A DNA stretch of 63,668 nt, the filler included, from Globobulimina sp. (lineage: Eukaryota), in the NCBI GenBank assembly GCA_003354225.1. It is 54 parts of 54 records of this genome, joined end to end, with 100 filler letters (N's around TTAATTAATTAA, not from the genome) between each part and the next. Parts side by side here need not be neighbours in the genome. Positions count along the whole stretch, not along the records: positions 35,479 to 36,560 come from PIVH01024032.1; positions 36,661 to 37,742 come from PIVH01024033.1; positions 37,843 to 38,924 come from PIVH01024034.1; positions 39,025 to 40,106 come from PIVH01024035.1; positions 40,207 to 41,288 come from PIVH01024036.1; positions 41,389 to 42,470 come from PIVH01024037.1; positions 42,571 to 43,652 come from PIVH01024038.1; positions 43,753 to 44,834 come from PIVH01024039.1; 46 more parts are not named here. One strand, written 5' to 3'. Shown piece after piece: positions 36,322 through 48,827 of the stretch (position 1 is its first letter; every line of letters begins with the position of its first letter). A program made the position numbers and the translations under genes. Below the pieces are notes generated by a model. It made no database searches. It was given only the letters and a program-made list of their open reading frames with translations, and was not told the origin of the DNA.

Positions 36322-36660
36322 TATAGTTGACTTGAAATTAATGTCACTGACATTAAAACATTATGTCAGAATTCACAGTAAACAAATGGTTAATTTAAAA
36401 AATAATAAACAAATCTGTGTTTTCGGGAAACGTTACTCATCCAAGAGATAAAGTTGCATATGAATACGATGCTTTATTCCCAATAATGACCATATAGGGA
36501 ATTTGGTATTATCATATTAAAAACAAATAATATATGGTTTCGGATTTTTGATTGGTTTCANNNNNNNNNNNNNNNNNNNNNNNNNNNNNNNNNNNNNNNN
36601 NNNNTTAATTAATTAANNNNNNNNNNNNNNNNNNNNNNNNNNNNNNNNNNNNNNNNNNNN

Positions 36661-36955
36661 CTTCCTTGTCTCCCCGATCTTCCCGATCTCTTCACCTTCG
36701 CCGATGGTCGTAAGGTAGAAACGCCTGAGGATTGGGCCATCCGGCGAGAAGAAATGAAGGCGATGTTGCTCTATTACCAGTACGGCAGCATGCCTCCTCG
36801 TCCCGATCAGGTCATTGAAGTGGATTCCACCAGGACACCTCACAGGAGTGGAATGGGCACTCTCGAACTGGTGACCCTCGAAATTGGGATAAAAGATACC
36901 CAGCATTCTCAGTTACTCTTCACCAGTTCCAATCCGGATGGGACCGAACACCGTT
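36661..36955 (+). CDS. Bacterial CE15 (glucuronoyl esterase-like) N-terminal fragment, chimeric
   Basis: LPDLFTFADGRKVETPEDWAIRREEMKAMLLYYQYGSMPPRP; much higher GC than the downstream DNA. Confidence 0.65.
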
Positions 36956-36962
36956 ATATTTT

Positions 36963-37742
36963 ATGCAGATTACTACAATTGGCGCGGATGCATTTTATAT
37001 CGATTTAATAGCCTCACAAATCGATGAAAAAATGCAAAAACGTTTGCGAATAATTAACGTTACGGACGCGTCCATCGTAAATAAATATGTTACACTCGAC
37101 AGAGAGAAAAAATGCGTCAGAGCTACCATAGAAATTGTGCAGGATTATGAGAAATCATATGATTTAGCAATATTTGATCCGAAAAATACGGACGATCCAA
37201 TTCCAGACACCAACCAGTTACAATTTAATGTTTTCAAAAACGACAATCAATATCCACCCAAAAACAGTGAGTATAAACCAAATCCAATCGACATTACAAC
37301 ATTGACCAAAGTGAGAGATTTGGCAAATAGTACAATCAATATTTATTGGGATGTACCGACCTTGTCATTTGGTGATATTTCGTATGAAATTGTGAGATAT
37401 GATGAGAATAAATCGCATGATATTGCTGATAATATCAAATCATTGCCATATACAGTACCAATATCAGCGATTCCTACATCGTTTACTGTGGTAACAATAG
37501 CGACAGCAAACGGAGATAAATACGAATCAGAAGCATCCGGCAATGTATTTGTTGGCGATAAAGGAGTATATATTAAAGAAACCTTAGCCGAAGCATATCA
37601 GACCGATGATCACCAACTCATTGCTTTGTTATCGTTGGTGTACAGCCAACAGGAAAATGATATTAAATACGAAAGTTCGAGTGATTCTGAGGTCGACGAG
37701 GCCAAAATATCTGAACACGAGCAACAAAATCGGGAGTTGATT
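36963..37742 (+). CDS. Fibronectin-III-like domain protein fragment
   Basis: INIYWDVP..GDISYEI..FTVVTIA..YESEAS; AT-rich host-like composition. Confidence 0.45.
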
Positions 37743-37842
37743 NNNNNNNNNNNNNNNNNNNNNNNNNNNNNNNNNNNNNNNNNNNNTTAATTAATTAANN
37801 NNNNNNNNNNNNNNNNNNNNNNNNNNNNNNNNNNNNNNNNNN

Positions 37843-38326
37843 CTTCGTGAATAATTAAACTTATTTCTTTTAATAAATTGGCATAGATTTCATTATCAAA
37901 TGTCTCAAAATCCATTAAATCATTTTTGTTTTCACAAATATTAATATATTCATTCGAATTTGAGTTATTATCAATGGATATTAGCGATGAAATTGAAGCT
38001 CTTTTTTTTAATCTTGCATTTTTTCCATAATTTTTTCTTTCAATTAATTGTTTGTAATGAGAGGATAAAATATTTTGTGATTTATTTCTGAATGGTTCTA
38101 ATATTTCTTCTTTTAAATATTGTTGAATTTCATTAAAATACCAATCAATAAATAATCGATCTAACTCGAAATTAAATAATGTTTCGAATGAGGATAAAAT
38201 ATTTATGTTTTGGAAGATATTCTCATTTTCCGAGGAATGGGTCAAATCACCAAATGCTGTGGTCAACAATTCCCAGCTTTCACTGATTTTGTTTAAAACG
38301 TCTGCAGAGGGAAGACAAGAAGCCAT
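37843..38326 (-). CDS. Possible APC/C subunit 2 N-terminus (3' partial)
   Basis: LFIDWYFNEIQQYLKEEILEPF resembles the APC2 N-terminal LEEWF.E.LQ..L...ISPEF segment. Confidence 0.4.
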
Positions 38327-38543
38327 TGTCTTACAACATGAAAAAAAACTTTACTGGCTCAACCAAGCATATATATATCACCCAGTCGCTGATTCATAAT
38401 CAGCCAGTCTCTAGTTTGTTGGTTCTCCATTATTGACTACTAGTTCGTCATGTCATTATTGACCACTTTATTTCCAGGTATAATTCATTGTTTACATCCA
38501 TATGTTTGCAATCGTGTTAACCTCCTTCTATTATGTTGACTAT

Positions 38544-38831
38544 ATGCTAGCCACTATCGATGAGGACGGATGTAAAGCAATTATCGCACATAAATATGTT
38601 CCAGGCAGTAAATCGATAACCATGCCATACTTGAATTACTGGTGGGAAATTGCTGTTAATTTTTTACCTCTAAATTTAGCACCAAATGTTGTCACATTAA
38701 CCGCATTCGTTCAAGGAATAGTCGCATTTTATGTTTATATGTACTTCGAACCCAATTTTGCAGGGATGTATGATTCAAACATATTATCTCTTGCATCATC
38801 AAATGTGTCCACATCATGCCAGATAAGGTGA
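38544..38831 (+). CDS. Choline/ethanolamine phosphotransferase (CEPT/EPT) N-terminus, truncated
   Basis: HKY..SKS..YLNYWW..VNFLPLNLAPNVVTL; similarity ends near 38790. Confidence 0.7.
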   Translation: MLATIDEDGCKAIIAHKYVPGSKSITMPYLNYWWEIAVNFLPLNLAPNVVTLTAFVQGIVAFYVYMYFEPNFAGMYDSNILSLASSNVSTSCQIR

Positions 38832-39024
38832 AGACCTAACAAGCTAGGGACATAGCAGGGAAGGCTTCAGAAAGACCCAAGGTTTATCCATTTTTCCTCA
38901 GGACCCAAAGCTGGATGAGCGAACNNNNNNNNNNNNNNNNNNNNNNNNNNNNNNNNNNNNNNNNNNNNTTAATTAATTAANNNNNNNNNNNNNNNNNNNN
39001 NNNNNNNNNNNNNNNNNNNNNNNN

Positions 39025-39405
39025 TTTTAGCAACTCCCTTCCTGCAACGAAAACCAGCAGTGTGCATAGAGCGTGCAGCAGAATGCTAAGTAAGTGGAAG
39101 CCCCACGGATTTAAGCCGGAAAGCTTATAGGTGACAGCCCATGAGATAAGTAAAAGGGGACGCCAGTAATGAAAATGACTGTGGTAATCCTCCTTGTAAT
39201 AGAATGACCATATGTCTGTAGTGAAGAAAGAGGAGATATTGGAAAAATCCCTGATGGATTCATTCTGCTCGATAATGTTGTGATCGTCCAAGACAAAGTC
39301 ATTGCCAAGGATAGGAAGATATATCAGGATCGAAAGAGCAATTAATGCACAGGCACATCGCCATGTATGGGAGAAAAAGGTGATATTTATGTTTTCTGTA
39401 GCCAT
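39025..39405 (-). CDS. TMTC-like GT-C glycosyltransferase N-terminus, bacterial type (3' partial)
   Basis: IY..LGNDFVLDD..I..N..I..FFTTDIW..YWRPL..S..L.GLNPWGFHL.SILLH. Confidence 0.8.
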
Positions 39406-39475
39406 ATTACTTTGAGGATTGATTATTTTTGATATAACGAAATAAACGGATATTGTCAAGATTCCTTAAGTGAGT

Positions 39476-39720
39476 CTCCTCCCGCCGAGCGGGAGGCCTC
39501 AGGAAGCCCCCTCGAAGGGGGCGTTAATTTAAGTGCCTTAAGTTGAGGTCGCCTTCGGCGGATCTGTTTTAATGTTTAAATATGAGATTTTACAAAGATC
39601 CTATATTAGGCAGATATATGGCATTCTAAATTTATTTGTAACTCAAAAAATATAAAAAGCCGGAGCAAAGCGACTCCTTAACTATAGGCACTTAGGCACT
39701 TGTAACTTTAGGCACCCTTT
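39476..39720. repeat. REP-like palindromic cluster of prokaryotic type
   Basis: Hairpins CTCCCGC-CGA-GCGGGAG, GCCCCCT-CGA-AGGGGGC and CGCC-TTC-GGCG; repeated TAGGCAC words in inverted orientation to AAGTGCCT. Confidence 0.55.
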
Positions 39721-41388
39721 GTTGCCTCACCGGATCGGTAAAACCTTTTCGGGTCCACCGTTTGAAGCGGTGGTTTTAAATAATAATAAGTGGTCGGTAC
39801 AACTCAATACAGTGAATGGTAACGTCCATCCAAAAACAGTTTAACCATATGTACTACACCGGCAATTGTTGTATAAATTTCGTACATAGAAAACGCATTG
39901 ATATTATGGTGTTTTGAATATTGACCGGCAAATCGACTCAAATTCATACAGAAATTCATACAGGTTGATGAAAACTATCGGCATTTTTACCCGCGACCCG
40001 AACTTGCATATCAAGTTATTGAGAAGTTTTATAAATACTGCTTTTATATAAACTATTAATCATAGTTATTTGAGACATTTCGACACCTGATCGTATGAAA
40101 AACGTTNNNNNNNNNNNNNNNNNNNNNNNNNNNNNNNNNNNNNNNNNNNNTTAATTAATTAANNNNNNNNNNNNNNNNNNNNNNNNNNNNNNNNNNNNNN
40201 NNNNNNCTCTTTCTTCAGCTGCCTCTTATAGCCCTCCTCATGGACTGTGAGTGTCGGGAGAATCCTGCTATTGATAACAGTAATGATGAAAACAAATGCC
40301 TTATGGCTGTTTAAAAGATTTTGTTTATATTGTAATTATGTAAAACGTAAATATAGTAAAGTCATTTTATGACAACTTTATCAACTCACCGCAGTAACAA
40401 ATGTGACAAATATAATCTAAATTCCATTATTATCAAATTCTTCATCACTACTTTCGCTCTCTTCACTATCTTGATTAGTACTACAACGACCACGGCCCCC
40501 ACTTGTCAAACCGATCTCGAGATGACATTTAAGATTTGTTCTGCTCGTCGGAGTTCGGTATTTCAGTGCGCAGACCTTTCTACCCTTGAGCAAGTGCCGA
40601 TCTGGTGTCTCAATGTCGATAACCACATCTTTGAATGTAAGCACTGCCTAAAACATCTAATTTACTAGTGAAATATAAAATAAAACTATGAAATACCTTA
40701 AAATTGTGGCATTTAGTCCGTTTGTCGTTACCAGTACAAGTACACTGCTTGGACATATTTGTGTAGTATAGGATAAACAGACAAACGACCAACACAACGG
40801 TGAGCACAGAATATACAATGGTAGTTTGGCGATTATGATGACAAATCATTTCGAAATAGCACAAAATCACATGATAATTTCACAATATTCAATAGATGTA
40901 GACTATGTATATACACGACAACCATTGACATTGTTTACTGAAACTAATATACATTATTAAAAATTGAATTTGTGTTTAAAACTAGAAGATTACAATCAGA
41001 AGTTTTGTTTGTGAAAAGCTCACCAATGTATGTAACTACTTTTTTGACTATACGTACAGCAATATAGAAAATGGCAAAAGTCCAGATAGGGGCAGTAACT
41101 CCAGAGGCCGTTCGAACGAGATCGACCATTTTTTGATGGTTTCTTAGCTGTGAAAATGCCTGCTTCCAATCTTGGTAGTTGCGGTATTTGGTCATTATGT
41201 CGCAGCCCACTGTTAGACCAAAGAGATCCTCCCAGTTGGCCGCCCTTGTAGAGTAATCGAAACATCTACATTCCAAGCAGCGGTGATANNNNNNNNNNNN
41301 NNNNNNNNNNNNNNNNNNNNNNNNNNNNNNNNTTAATTAATTAANNNNNNNNNNNNNNNNNNNNNNNNNNNNNNNNNNNNNNNNNNNN

Positions 41389-42470
41389 ACATCACAGAAA
41401 CAGAGACACAAAAACGGGATAAATACGTCAAAAAATATTAAACCGTCATTATTACAAAAGAAATGGAACATGGATAATTTCAAAAATAATATGAAAAAAA
41501 TACGCCGAATATCCCCTCCAATGAAACCATTCACAAAAATTGTCGAAATCTCCAAATCATTTATTAATGACACACATAGCAAAAAAAACGGAGTCGAGCC
41601 CGGAATATCTATCAAAGAACGAAAAAAAGAAATCATTCGGTATTTACAATGTGATATGGACAAACAACATATATTTGATTCATTTATATTGGACAACAAG
41701 ACAAAAGAAGGGAGGATTATAAATCAATGGCTTTCATTCATTAACAAGAAAGAAAAGGAAATCACATTTAAAGATTTAATGGATTTTATCCAAAAAATAG
41801 CACATACATTTATCCATTCGTACGCATTGGAGACTGACAAGTATTATTCATATATATTGCTATCATGTTACCGATGTATTTTACGACAAAATATCGTTAA
41901 AAAAATTGTATACAACTTACTGAATAAACATATATTAGATTTGGATGAGATTTATCAAAAAAAAGTGATGTGGATGCGGGCATTGAATAAGGACCAATTA
42001 GGCATAAAACACGATTATTGGATTAAAAAAGTTGAATATAAAGAAAATAATAATAAACAGCAAAAACGACGCTTGTCACAAATTGGATTAATGGCAGGCG
42101 ATGATGTGGCTTTTGCAGAAGCGATTAATTTGACCGGCAAGTTACAGATAAGCAATAAAACGATTATCAAATGGGAAAATCAGTTAACATTAGAAAAGAA
42201 TGAGAAAAAAAATATGTCGAAAATACCGTTTCTGTCATTGAATAATCATAGAAAATCCAGTGAGAGCAAGAGAGAGAAAGTGGAGAAGAAAGAGCAGGAA
42301 GATATTATTCCATTTATTTTACCAATGGAAGGATTATCGACATTGATAGCAGCCACAAAATGTATGGAATCCACTGCAATTAAATATTTTTATGAATATC
42401 ATTCAGATAAAAAAGAAGAAGCTGATGGGAACAGTCCATGTATATCGCAAGACATATTGTTGCCGATCAT
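41389..42470 (+). CDS. Possible VPS9-domain protein fragment
   Basis: Long ORF ending LSTLIAATKCM..ISQDILLPI, resembling the VPS9 (g/s)ADxLLP motif. Confidence 0.45.
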
Positions 42471-42570
42471 NNNNNNNNNNNNNNNNNNNNNNNNNNNNNN
42501 NNNNNNNNNNNNNNTTAATTAATTAANNNNNNNNNNNNNNNNNNNNNNNNNNNNNNNNNNNNNNNNNNNN

Positions 42571-42988
42571 ATATGTACCTGTATTTAAACAATATGTGAG
42601 TCCGAATAGTTTTTATGAACAGATTAAAATTAAGGATATAAAATGTGGATTTCACAACAATTTAGCACTGGATCAGAATGGTTGTGTATATTTTTGGACG
42701 GGTCATTTGTACAAAGAAAGGTCGAAACCGCCTCAAGTTATTAAAGCGTTAATGCAATATAACATTATTGAAATAAAATGTGGATCAAAACATATGTATG
42801 CAAAGAGTGATGATAATAAGCATTTTTTATGGGGCGCAAATTCATATAATCAATGTTTGACAGATAATGGGCAAGTAATGGTTCATGAGCCATTTTGCAT
42901 CAATCAAGTTGTTCAAAAAGAAACAAATTGTGAGTCTATTGTTAGTGTCAATTTGGGTAATGATAATACACAAATAATTTGTTTATGA
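42571..42988 (+). CDS. RCC1/BLIP-II repeat protein C-terminus
   Basis: IKDIKCGFHNNLALD..G.VY.W; IIEIKCGSKH..FLWGANSYNQC. Confidence 0.75.
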
Positions 42989-43084
42989 ATGACATAAAAT
43001 TCTTTGATGAGTACACACTCTTAAAAAAAGTTACAGACAAATATGTGCTATTTCTAAAATATGTGCAATTTTAAGATAAATGGG

Positions 43085-43652
43085 TCAGCCAAGTAATTTC
43101 ATTAAATCCGGATTATTTGCAAGTTGATCACCGAATAACTCCAATAACTGTTCCTTTTGCGTTTGTTGTCTTTTTGTCAGTGCAATTGTCTGTATTCCAT
43201 CCGTTTCATCCAATACATTCAATGCAAAATCATTATCATCTTTAACATTGCCAGCACTCCGAGCAATTAATACTTCGCATTCATCCGGAAATTTAGAAAT
43301 CCATGAAACGTTACAACACAACACACCCAGCATACTTCTATATTGCTCATCAAATTCAACAACCATTCCTTTATCACTTTTAGTATACACAAAGTTGAGC
43401 GCAATGATTTTCTTCCACGACGTTGATGTATATGTTGGAAAATAACCAGACAAAATATCTTTTTTATTCACTTTCACTCCACTTAATCCTGAATATAATT
43501 TATATGTACCTTGTTCTTTAAAACCTAAACTTTTTATTGCATAATATAGGCAAAAATCAAACCATTTCCATTTCTTATAATCTCCGTTTCTTTGACTTTT
43601 ACATAAATCATAATTACATTCACAACCTGTATACAAAATCAATGCTAATATT
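43085..43652 (-). CDS. Mono-ADP-ribosyltransferase domain (ARTC/R-S-E class), 5' partial
   Basis: ILYT..NY..L, KLYSGL, YTSTS..AL.F, VSWISKFPDECEVL (ExE). Confidence 0.75.
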
Positions 43653-44287
43653 NNNNNNNNNNNNNNNNNNNNNNNNNNNNNNNNNNNNNNNNNNNNTTAA
43701 TTAATTAANNNNNNNNNNNNNNNNNNNNNNNNNNNNNNNNNNNNNNNNNNNNATTTTATGATGGGCTTTTTTTTAGAATTTTCTGATGAGTCCAACAACT
43801 TTGCCGGCTATGCGGAATTCAGGTGAATACATATCAACTATGATTGGTTCAAAGTCATCGTTTGCGACATTAGATCGCGTAGCAATCAGCTGTCATAATA
43901 TTGCTTTATTGGTAGCGATATCATCATGTTTCTTTTGGCATAGTGGGGATTCAAATTGCTTCCAACATCGGGATCAGTTAAGGATATTAACTTTAATATG
44001 GAGTGTGGTGGATTCTGTTTTCCAGTGCACAATTTGGAGGCCATTATCTGTGCGTTCAATGGTGTTTGTTGATTTGGATGATGCTCAAATAATGTAAATT
44101 TTATTGTAAATTTTGGCGCTATTCACTACTCACAATTGCATGCAACGAATTTGTTAATGTAAACGATAATAAACCGATTATTATCAATAAATATTTGCAA
44201 GGATTTAGATGTCGCTCCAAAAACGTTTACTGAAGTATTCTACTCATTGTTTGAAAAATGTTATTTATTGTTCAGCGTTAAGTGAAA

Positions 44288-44834
44288 TCAAGAAATGGAA
44301 GAATTTGTTAATGATTTTACGCTTAGAGGTCCTTGCGATGTCACAAATTTACGTCCATTATAACAAACAATACTGTTTTCATCAGTTTTTAAATCTGGCT
44401 GTATTTTGCCCCATGGATTATTCTTTTTTTTTGCTTTGATTTGGTAGCACGGATTATATTGAGCCAAGTCCTCGTCCTCCAATACAATCCTTTCACCAAT
44501 TATTGATCCTTTTGGAGGTCGAACAATCTCTAATTTGGATCTATCCGCATTTGAAGCAGCTAAAATCATTCCATTTGATTCAATGCCTCGTAATTTTGCT
44601 TTTTTTAGGTTGCTAAAAACAATGACAAGGGAGTTCACCATCTCTTCCTTTGATACTTTGCCTTTAATGCCAGAGCATATTTGCCTCGGTTCCTCCTCAC
44701 CGATATCAATCATCTCAACATACATTGAATCTGCATTTGAATGCTCTGATATTTCTAAGATTCGCCCAACCACAAATATACAACGACCAATTGCTGGCAA
44801 ATCTGCATCTTTTTGTGCGTTGTTTGCTGGTCGT
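44288..44834 (-). CDS. tRNA-binding OB domain (EMAP II/Arc1p/MetRS-TyrRS C-terminal type)
   Basis: VGRILEISEHSNADSMYVEMIDIGEEEPRQICSG..NLKKAKLRGIESNGMILAAS..PP.G..IGER. Confidence 0.9.
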
Positions 44835-46206
44835 NNNNNNNNNNNNNNNNNNNNNNNNNNNNNNNNNNNNNNNNNNNNTTAATTAATTAANNNNNNNNNN
44901 NNNNNNNNNNNNNNNNNNNNNNNNNNNNNNNNNNGTACTGAAACAGATGATTAATAAATGTTTGAAAAAAGTAATAATAAAAACGAGAATGAAATTCACT
45001 CGAAACAAAAAAATGATCATATTCTGAGATCTTGCAATCTATAGAGCTTACAAACAGTCAATATCCTCTTTATAATGGTGCTACTAACAGCAAATCATCG
45101 TCTTCAGTCTCTTTATTCTCATCATTATTATTACTGCCATTCTTATTATTTTTTGTCGTCGGAGATGGTGAATTACATGGCACGGTCAAATCGGGCAAAT
45201 CATCCTCATCCTCTGTATTCTCATCATTTATACACTCCACATCATCATCAATGCCCTCCTCTACCTCAACTACACTGCTATTCACTACCTCGATTCCTAT
45301 GCCATTCCCTTTGGAGGTCTCCTCCATTGCCACTTCCTTATTATTGCCATTATCAACATCTCCTATCTCATTATTATTACTCTCATTGCCATGCTCATTC
45401 TGTTCAATTTCCATAGGAATCGCTTCAAACGCTTCCAACGCGGGAGGCGGTCCTACCATATTATCAACGTCATCGCTCACAATAACTGCTGGCGGCGAAC
45501 AGCCTGGGTACAAATCGCAAATTGCATTCAAATCACACAGTTTCAAAGCAAACACAAACCTGTCGAGTGCGCAGGTTCCATGATGGGCGGAGGCGGCATA
45601 TCCGCGGCCCTGTTATGATTATGGTAGTTATTGCCATTGCTATTGCTATACAACATCGGTGGGTTTGTAATGGGTGGATAGGCTCCATACTGTCCATTAT
45701 AACCATGCTGTGATTGCACATATCCATTTTCATGATAATAGCCATTGAAGCCAGTCATAGGCGGATAATGAACAGAGGGCAACGAGGTGGTTTGCTGGAT
45801 TATTGGTTGTTGTATCACATCGTTATGGTTCCGCCGGTGTCTCTTCCCATTGCCATTTGTGTCACATTCCTCCTCACTGTTTTCCCTTTTCCTCTTCTTG
45901 GTCTTTGGCTTTGTATACGCGCCACTTTTCCGTGCAGAAGCGGGCCTTTTTTTGCCTCTGTCCGCGTAGTACGCAGCCTTGGTCTCGTCCTCCCCATCAC
46001 TGTCCGGGTCGGTGTCNNNNNNNNNNNNNNNNNNNNNNNNNNNNNNNNNNNNNNNNNNNNTTAATTAATTAANNNNNNNNNNNNNNNNNNNNNNNNNNNN
46101 NNNNNNNNNNNNNNNNTCGTTCCGCAGCAGGTCTTGTCGCACGCATTTGCGCTCTTGTCAACGGTGCAGGAATTGGGGCACTTGGCAACGGAGCAGGCTT
46201 TGGCGC

Positions 46207-47198
46207 TTAACGAGATAATGACATATATCTTTTTTTACCATTGAATACGCACAATTTATCATAAATATCTTGATTATAAGTGACATATTCATACAAATTG
46301 TCATAGATGAATGTATCTTCATATCTGTTTATCGTTAGTTGTGTATGGATATTATACTCATCATTGATCGGCGCTGCTGCACCGGGCATAGGCGCGCCAT
46401 GTGGTATTATACACGGAGTTGGGGCTGGGACTGAGGGTCTTGTTGCAATTGATGCTGGAGGCCATACGGTCGCCTCTCTGTTATATTGCGGTGCGTACGG
46501 AGCTAACGGGGCTAATCGAGGAGCATTGCGGTCGAAACATTTCTGGCATAAATCATATTGACATATTGCACAATGCCAAGCAAATGTATTCGGGAAAGTT
46601 GCTCGGCAAATATCACATATAAAGCCAATGTAGTGTCCATTAAAATATTCAGGATGTTTGTTTACTAATTCATTTGGTGATAAATGATGGAGAGTATGCT
46701 TGTAATGACAGGTTGGTTTAATATCTTTTTTGTTCTTGTCTTTATTTCTCTCATTTTTATTGGTTGTTTTTTGTTTGTTTTTATTTGTAACATATTCCAG
46801 AGTTTGTCTATGGAATAAATTGTTGAGTGTAGGAGTAGGACGAGGGAATAAACAGTGTATATTATGGTGGTTTGTATTGATACACGATAAGTTCTTTGGA
46901 ATCCATTGGAATGAATCAGATGCGAATTTTGTAGCACCTAATACCAATAATGACTCTCCGTCATTATTGTTTTGCAGTTTACGTTTTTTATCTTCATTTG
47001 TCGAGTTATCTATAAATATGCAATACGCTTCTAAGTAGGTGATGTACTCTTCATTTTGGTTGAAAAATGTGAATTCTTGCAGTTCTGATGGGTTATCAGG
47101 TTCGCGATGAAGAATATGCAAAAACAATTTCCATATTTGTTTGTTATCTGTATAGACAGCACCAGGGAGAGGTGCTGCGTACAGTGGATATCCTCCAC
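46207..47198 (-). CDS. Protein with ZZ/C1-like zinc finger and Pro-rich segments
   Basis: FICDICRATF..WHCAICQYDLCQKCF. Confidence 0.5.
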
Positions 47199-47298
47199 NN
47201 NNNNNNNNNNNNNNNNNNNNNNNNNNNNNNNNNNNNNNNNNNTTAATTAATTAANNNNNNNNNNNNNNNNNNNNNNNNNNNNNNNNNNNNNNNNNNNN

Positions 47299-48380
47299 TG
47301 ATTTGATTCGATTATTAATTCAATTGGTTTTTTCATTAGTTTTTCAACCTTAAATTTATATAATTTCTTATATTCAAAATAGTTTTCAGCCTCAACAATA
47401 TAAAAATAGACATTATTGTTCTGAGATATAAATTGAACATTCATAGTATCTAAAACAGACCATTTTTCTTCCTCAGATTCATTACATTCCATATATTTTA
47501 CCACAAATTCAGAGCTCGAATTGTTTTGTTTTTCATCATCACATAGATTTTGCATTGAATCCAAGTCCCATTGCAATGTAACATTATAGGCTTTATTGTC
47601 TTCTTTGGATTTAAAAACATCCGTCAATTCTATCGATGGGAACCAATATTTTTTATTCAATATATCCCTATTTATGTTTCCATATTCTTTTAATTTGTCC
47701 ATTTGGGTTTTTTCATCAAATGCAACAGATAATAATTTAGTGTTTTCTTCAATATATTGTTGCAATAAATTCATATCATTTAAAGTTTGATAAGCTTTAT
47801 TATTGCCAAATTGCTCCGTTATTTGTTGAATTTTATGTTGTCTCTGCTGTATAATATATTTATTATCACTCAGTAAACCATCAAACTGTGAAAGCATCCC
47901 TTTTAAATCATTGTTATATGTCGAAATATGTGTAAGTTGGACATTTATTTGTTTTATTTTATTTTCTTTCCATTCATCAACCTATAAATATAATAAATAT
48001 TATATATTTTTATATATCTATAACAATTAGCAAACTGAACTGCATTATATAATGTTTGTTGTTGTGTTTGTAACAACTGAATGGTAGCACCGATTTGTCG
48101 ATTGATTCTTCCTTTTGTTTGAACGGATTGATGTTGTATTTCATTGAGATGCGTGTTAAATATTTGATGAATATTATCTGATCGTTTTAAGGCTTCTTCG
48201 ATTTTATTAATATGCTGTTGTTCTATGTTTGTTACTGCAACGATATTTTTTCTTGGACTCAATAATTGGTTTTGATTTTTTAATTTACGAACCAATGTTT
48301 TAAATTTCATCTTATTCCCCACTGATAAATTTAATTTATCACACACCCGATTTAAGTCAATGTCATCACAGAATATAAAG
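47299..48380 (-). CDS. SAM-like + coiled-coil + FN3-like protein, intron 47982-48040
   Basis: DIDLNRVCDKLNLSVGNKMKF (SAM-like); splicing gives YNA|VDEWKE in frame with the 47897 ORF; VTLQW..FVVKY..YKFKV. Confidence 0.5.
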
Positions 48381-48480
48381 NNNNNNNNNNNNNNNNNNNN
48401 NNNNNNNNNNNNNNNNNNNNNNNNTTAATTAATTAANNNNNNNNNNNNNNNNNNNNNNNNNNNNNNNNNNNNNNNNNNNN

Positions 48481-48659
48481 CTTATATTTTTCTCTTCTTT
48501 TTTTTTTAATCGTTCTATGATCTCTACTAAAATCGATAAATTCCAATCTGTGCCGCGTCTGCTCTTTCTATGAACCTTCATAGCTCTCTCAATATACGTT
48601 TCAAGATAGCCCATTGACATTAGAATGGCAAATTGTTGATCAGCGCCATTGTTGCACAT
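48481..48659 (-). CDS. UBA-like domain protein N-terminus
   Basis: ILMSMGY..YIERAM resembles the UBA L..MGF....AL motif. Confidence 0.4.
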
Positions 48660-48827
48660 GTTTCAGTAATTAATGTTAACGGAAGATATGTATAATAAAG
48701 AAAGTTTTAAGCTAAGCCAAGTTGAATGTTATTTATAATGTCAGTGTTGAATTAAATGTCAATGAGCATCGAGTCTTGGTCTGAATTTTGTCATTCAATT
48801 GTATCATCAATTAATTGTTGCGATCGA

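Noticed and set aside
40207-41288. Virus-like cluster of small ORFs
   Set aside because: No recognisable viral motif; ORFs are short and unsupported
43783-43830. Hammerhead core CTGATGAGTCC
   Set aside because: No complementary GGAC-GAAA follows
45032-46016. Multiple overlapping ORFs on both strands
   Set aside because: Low-complexity, probably one decayed or spliced minus-strand gene; no domain recognised
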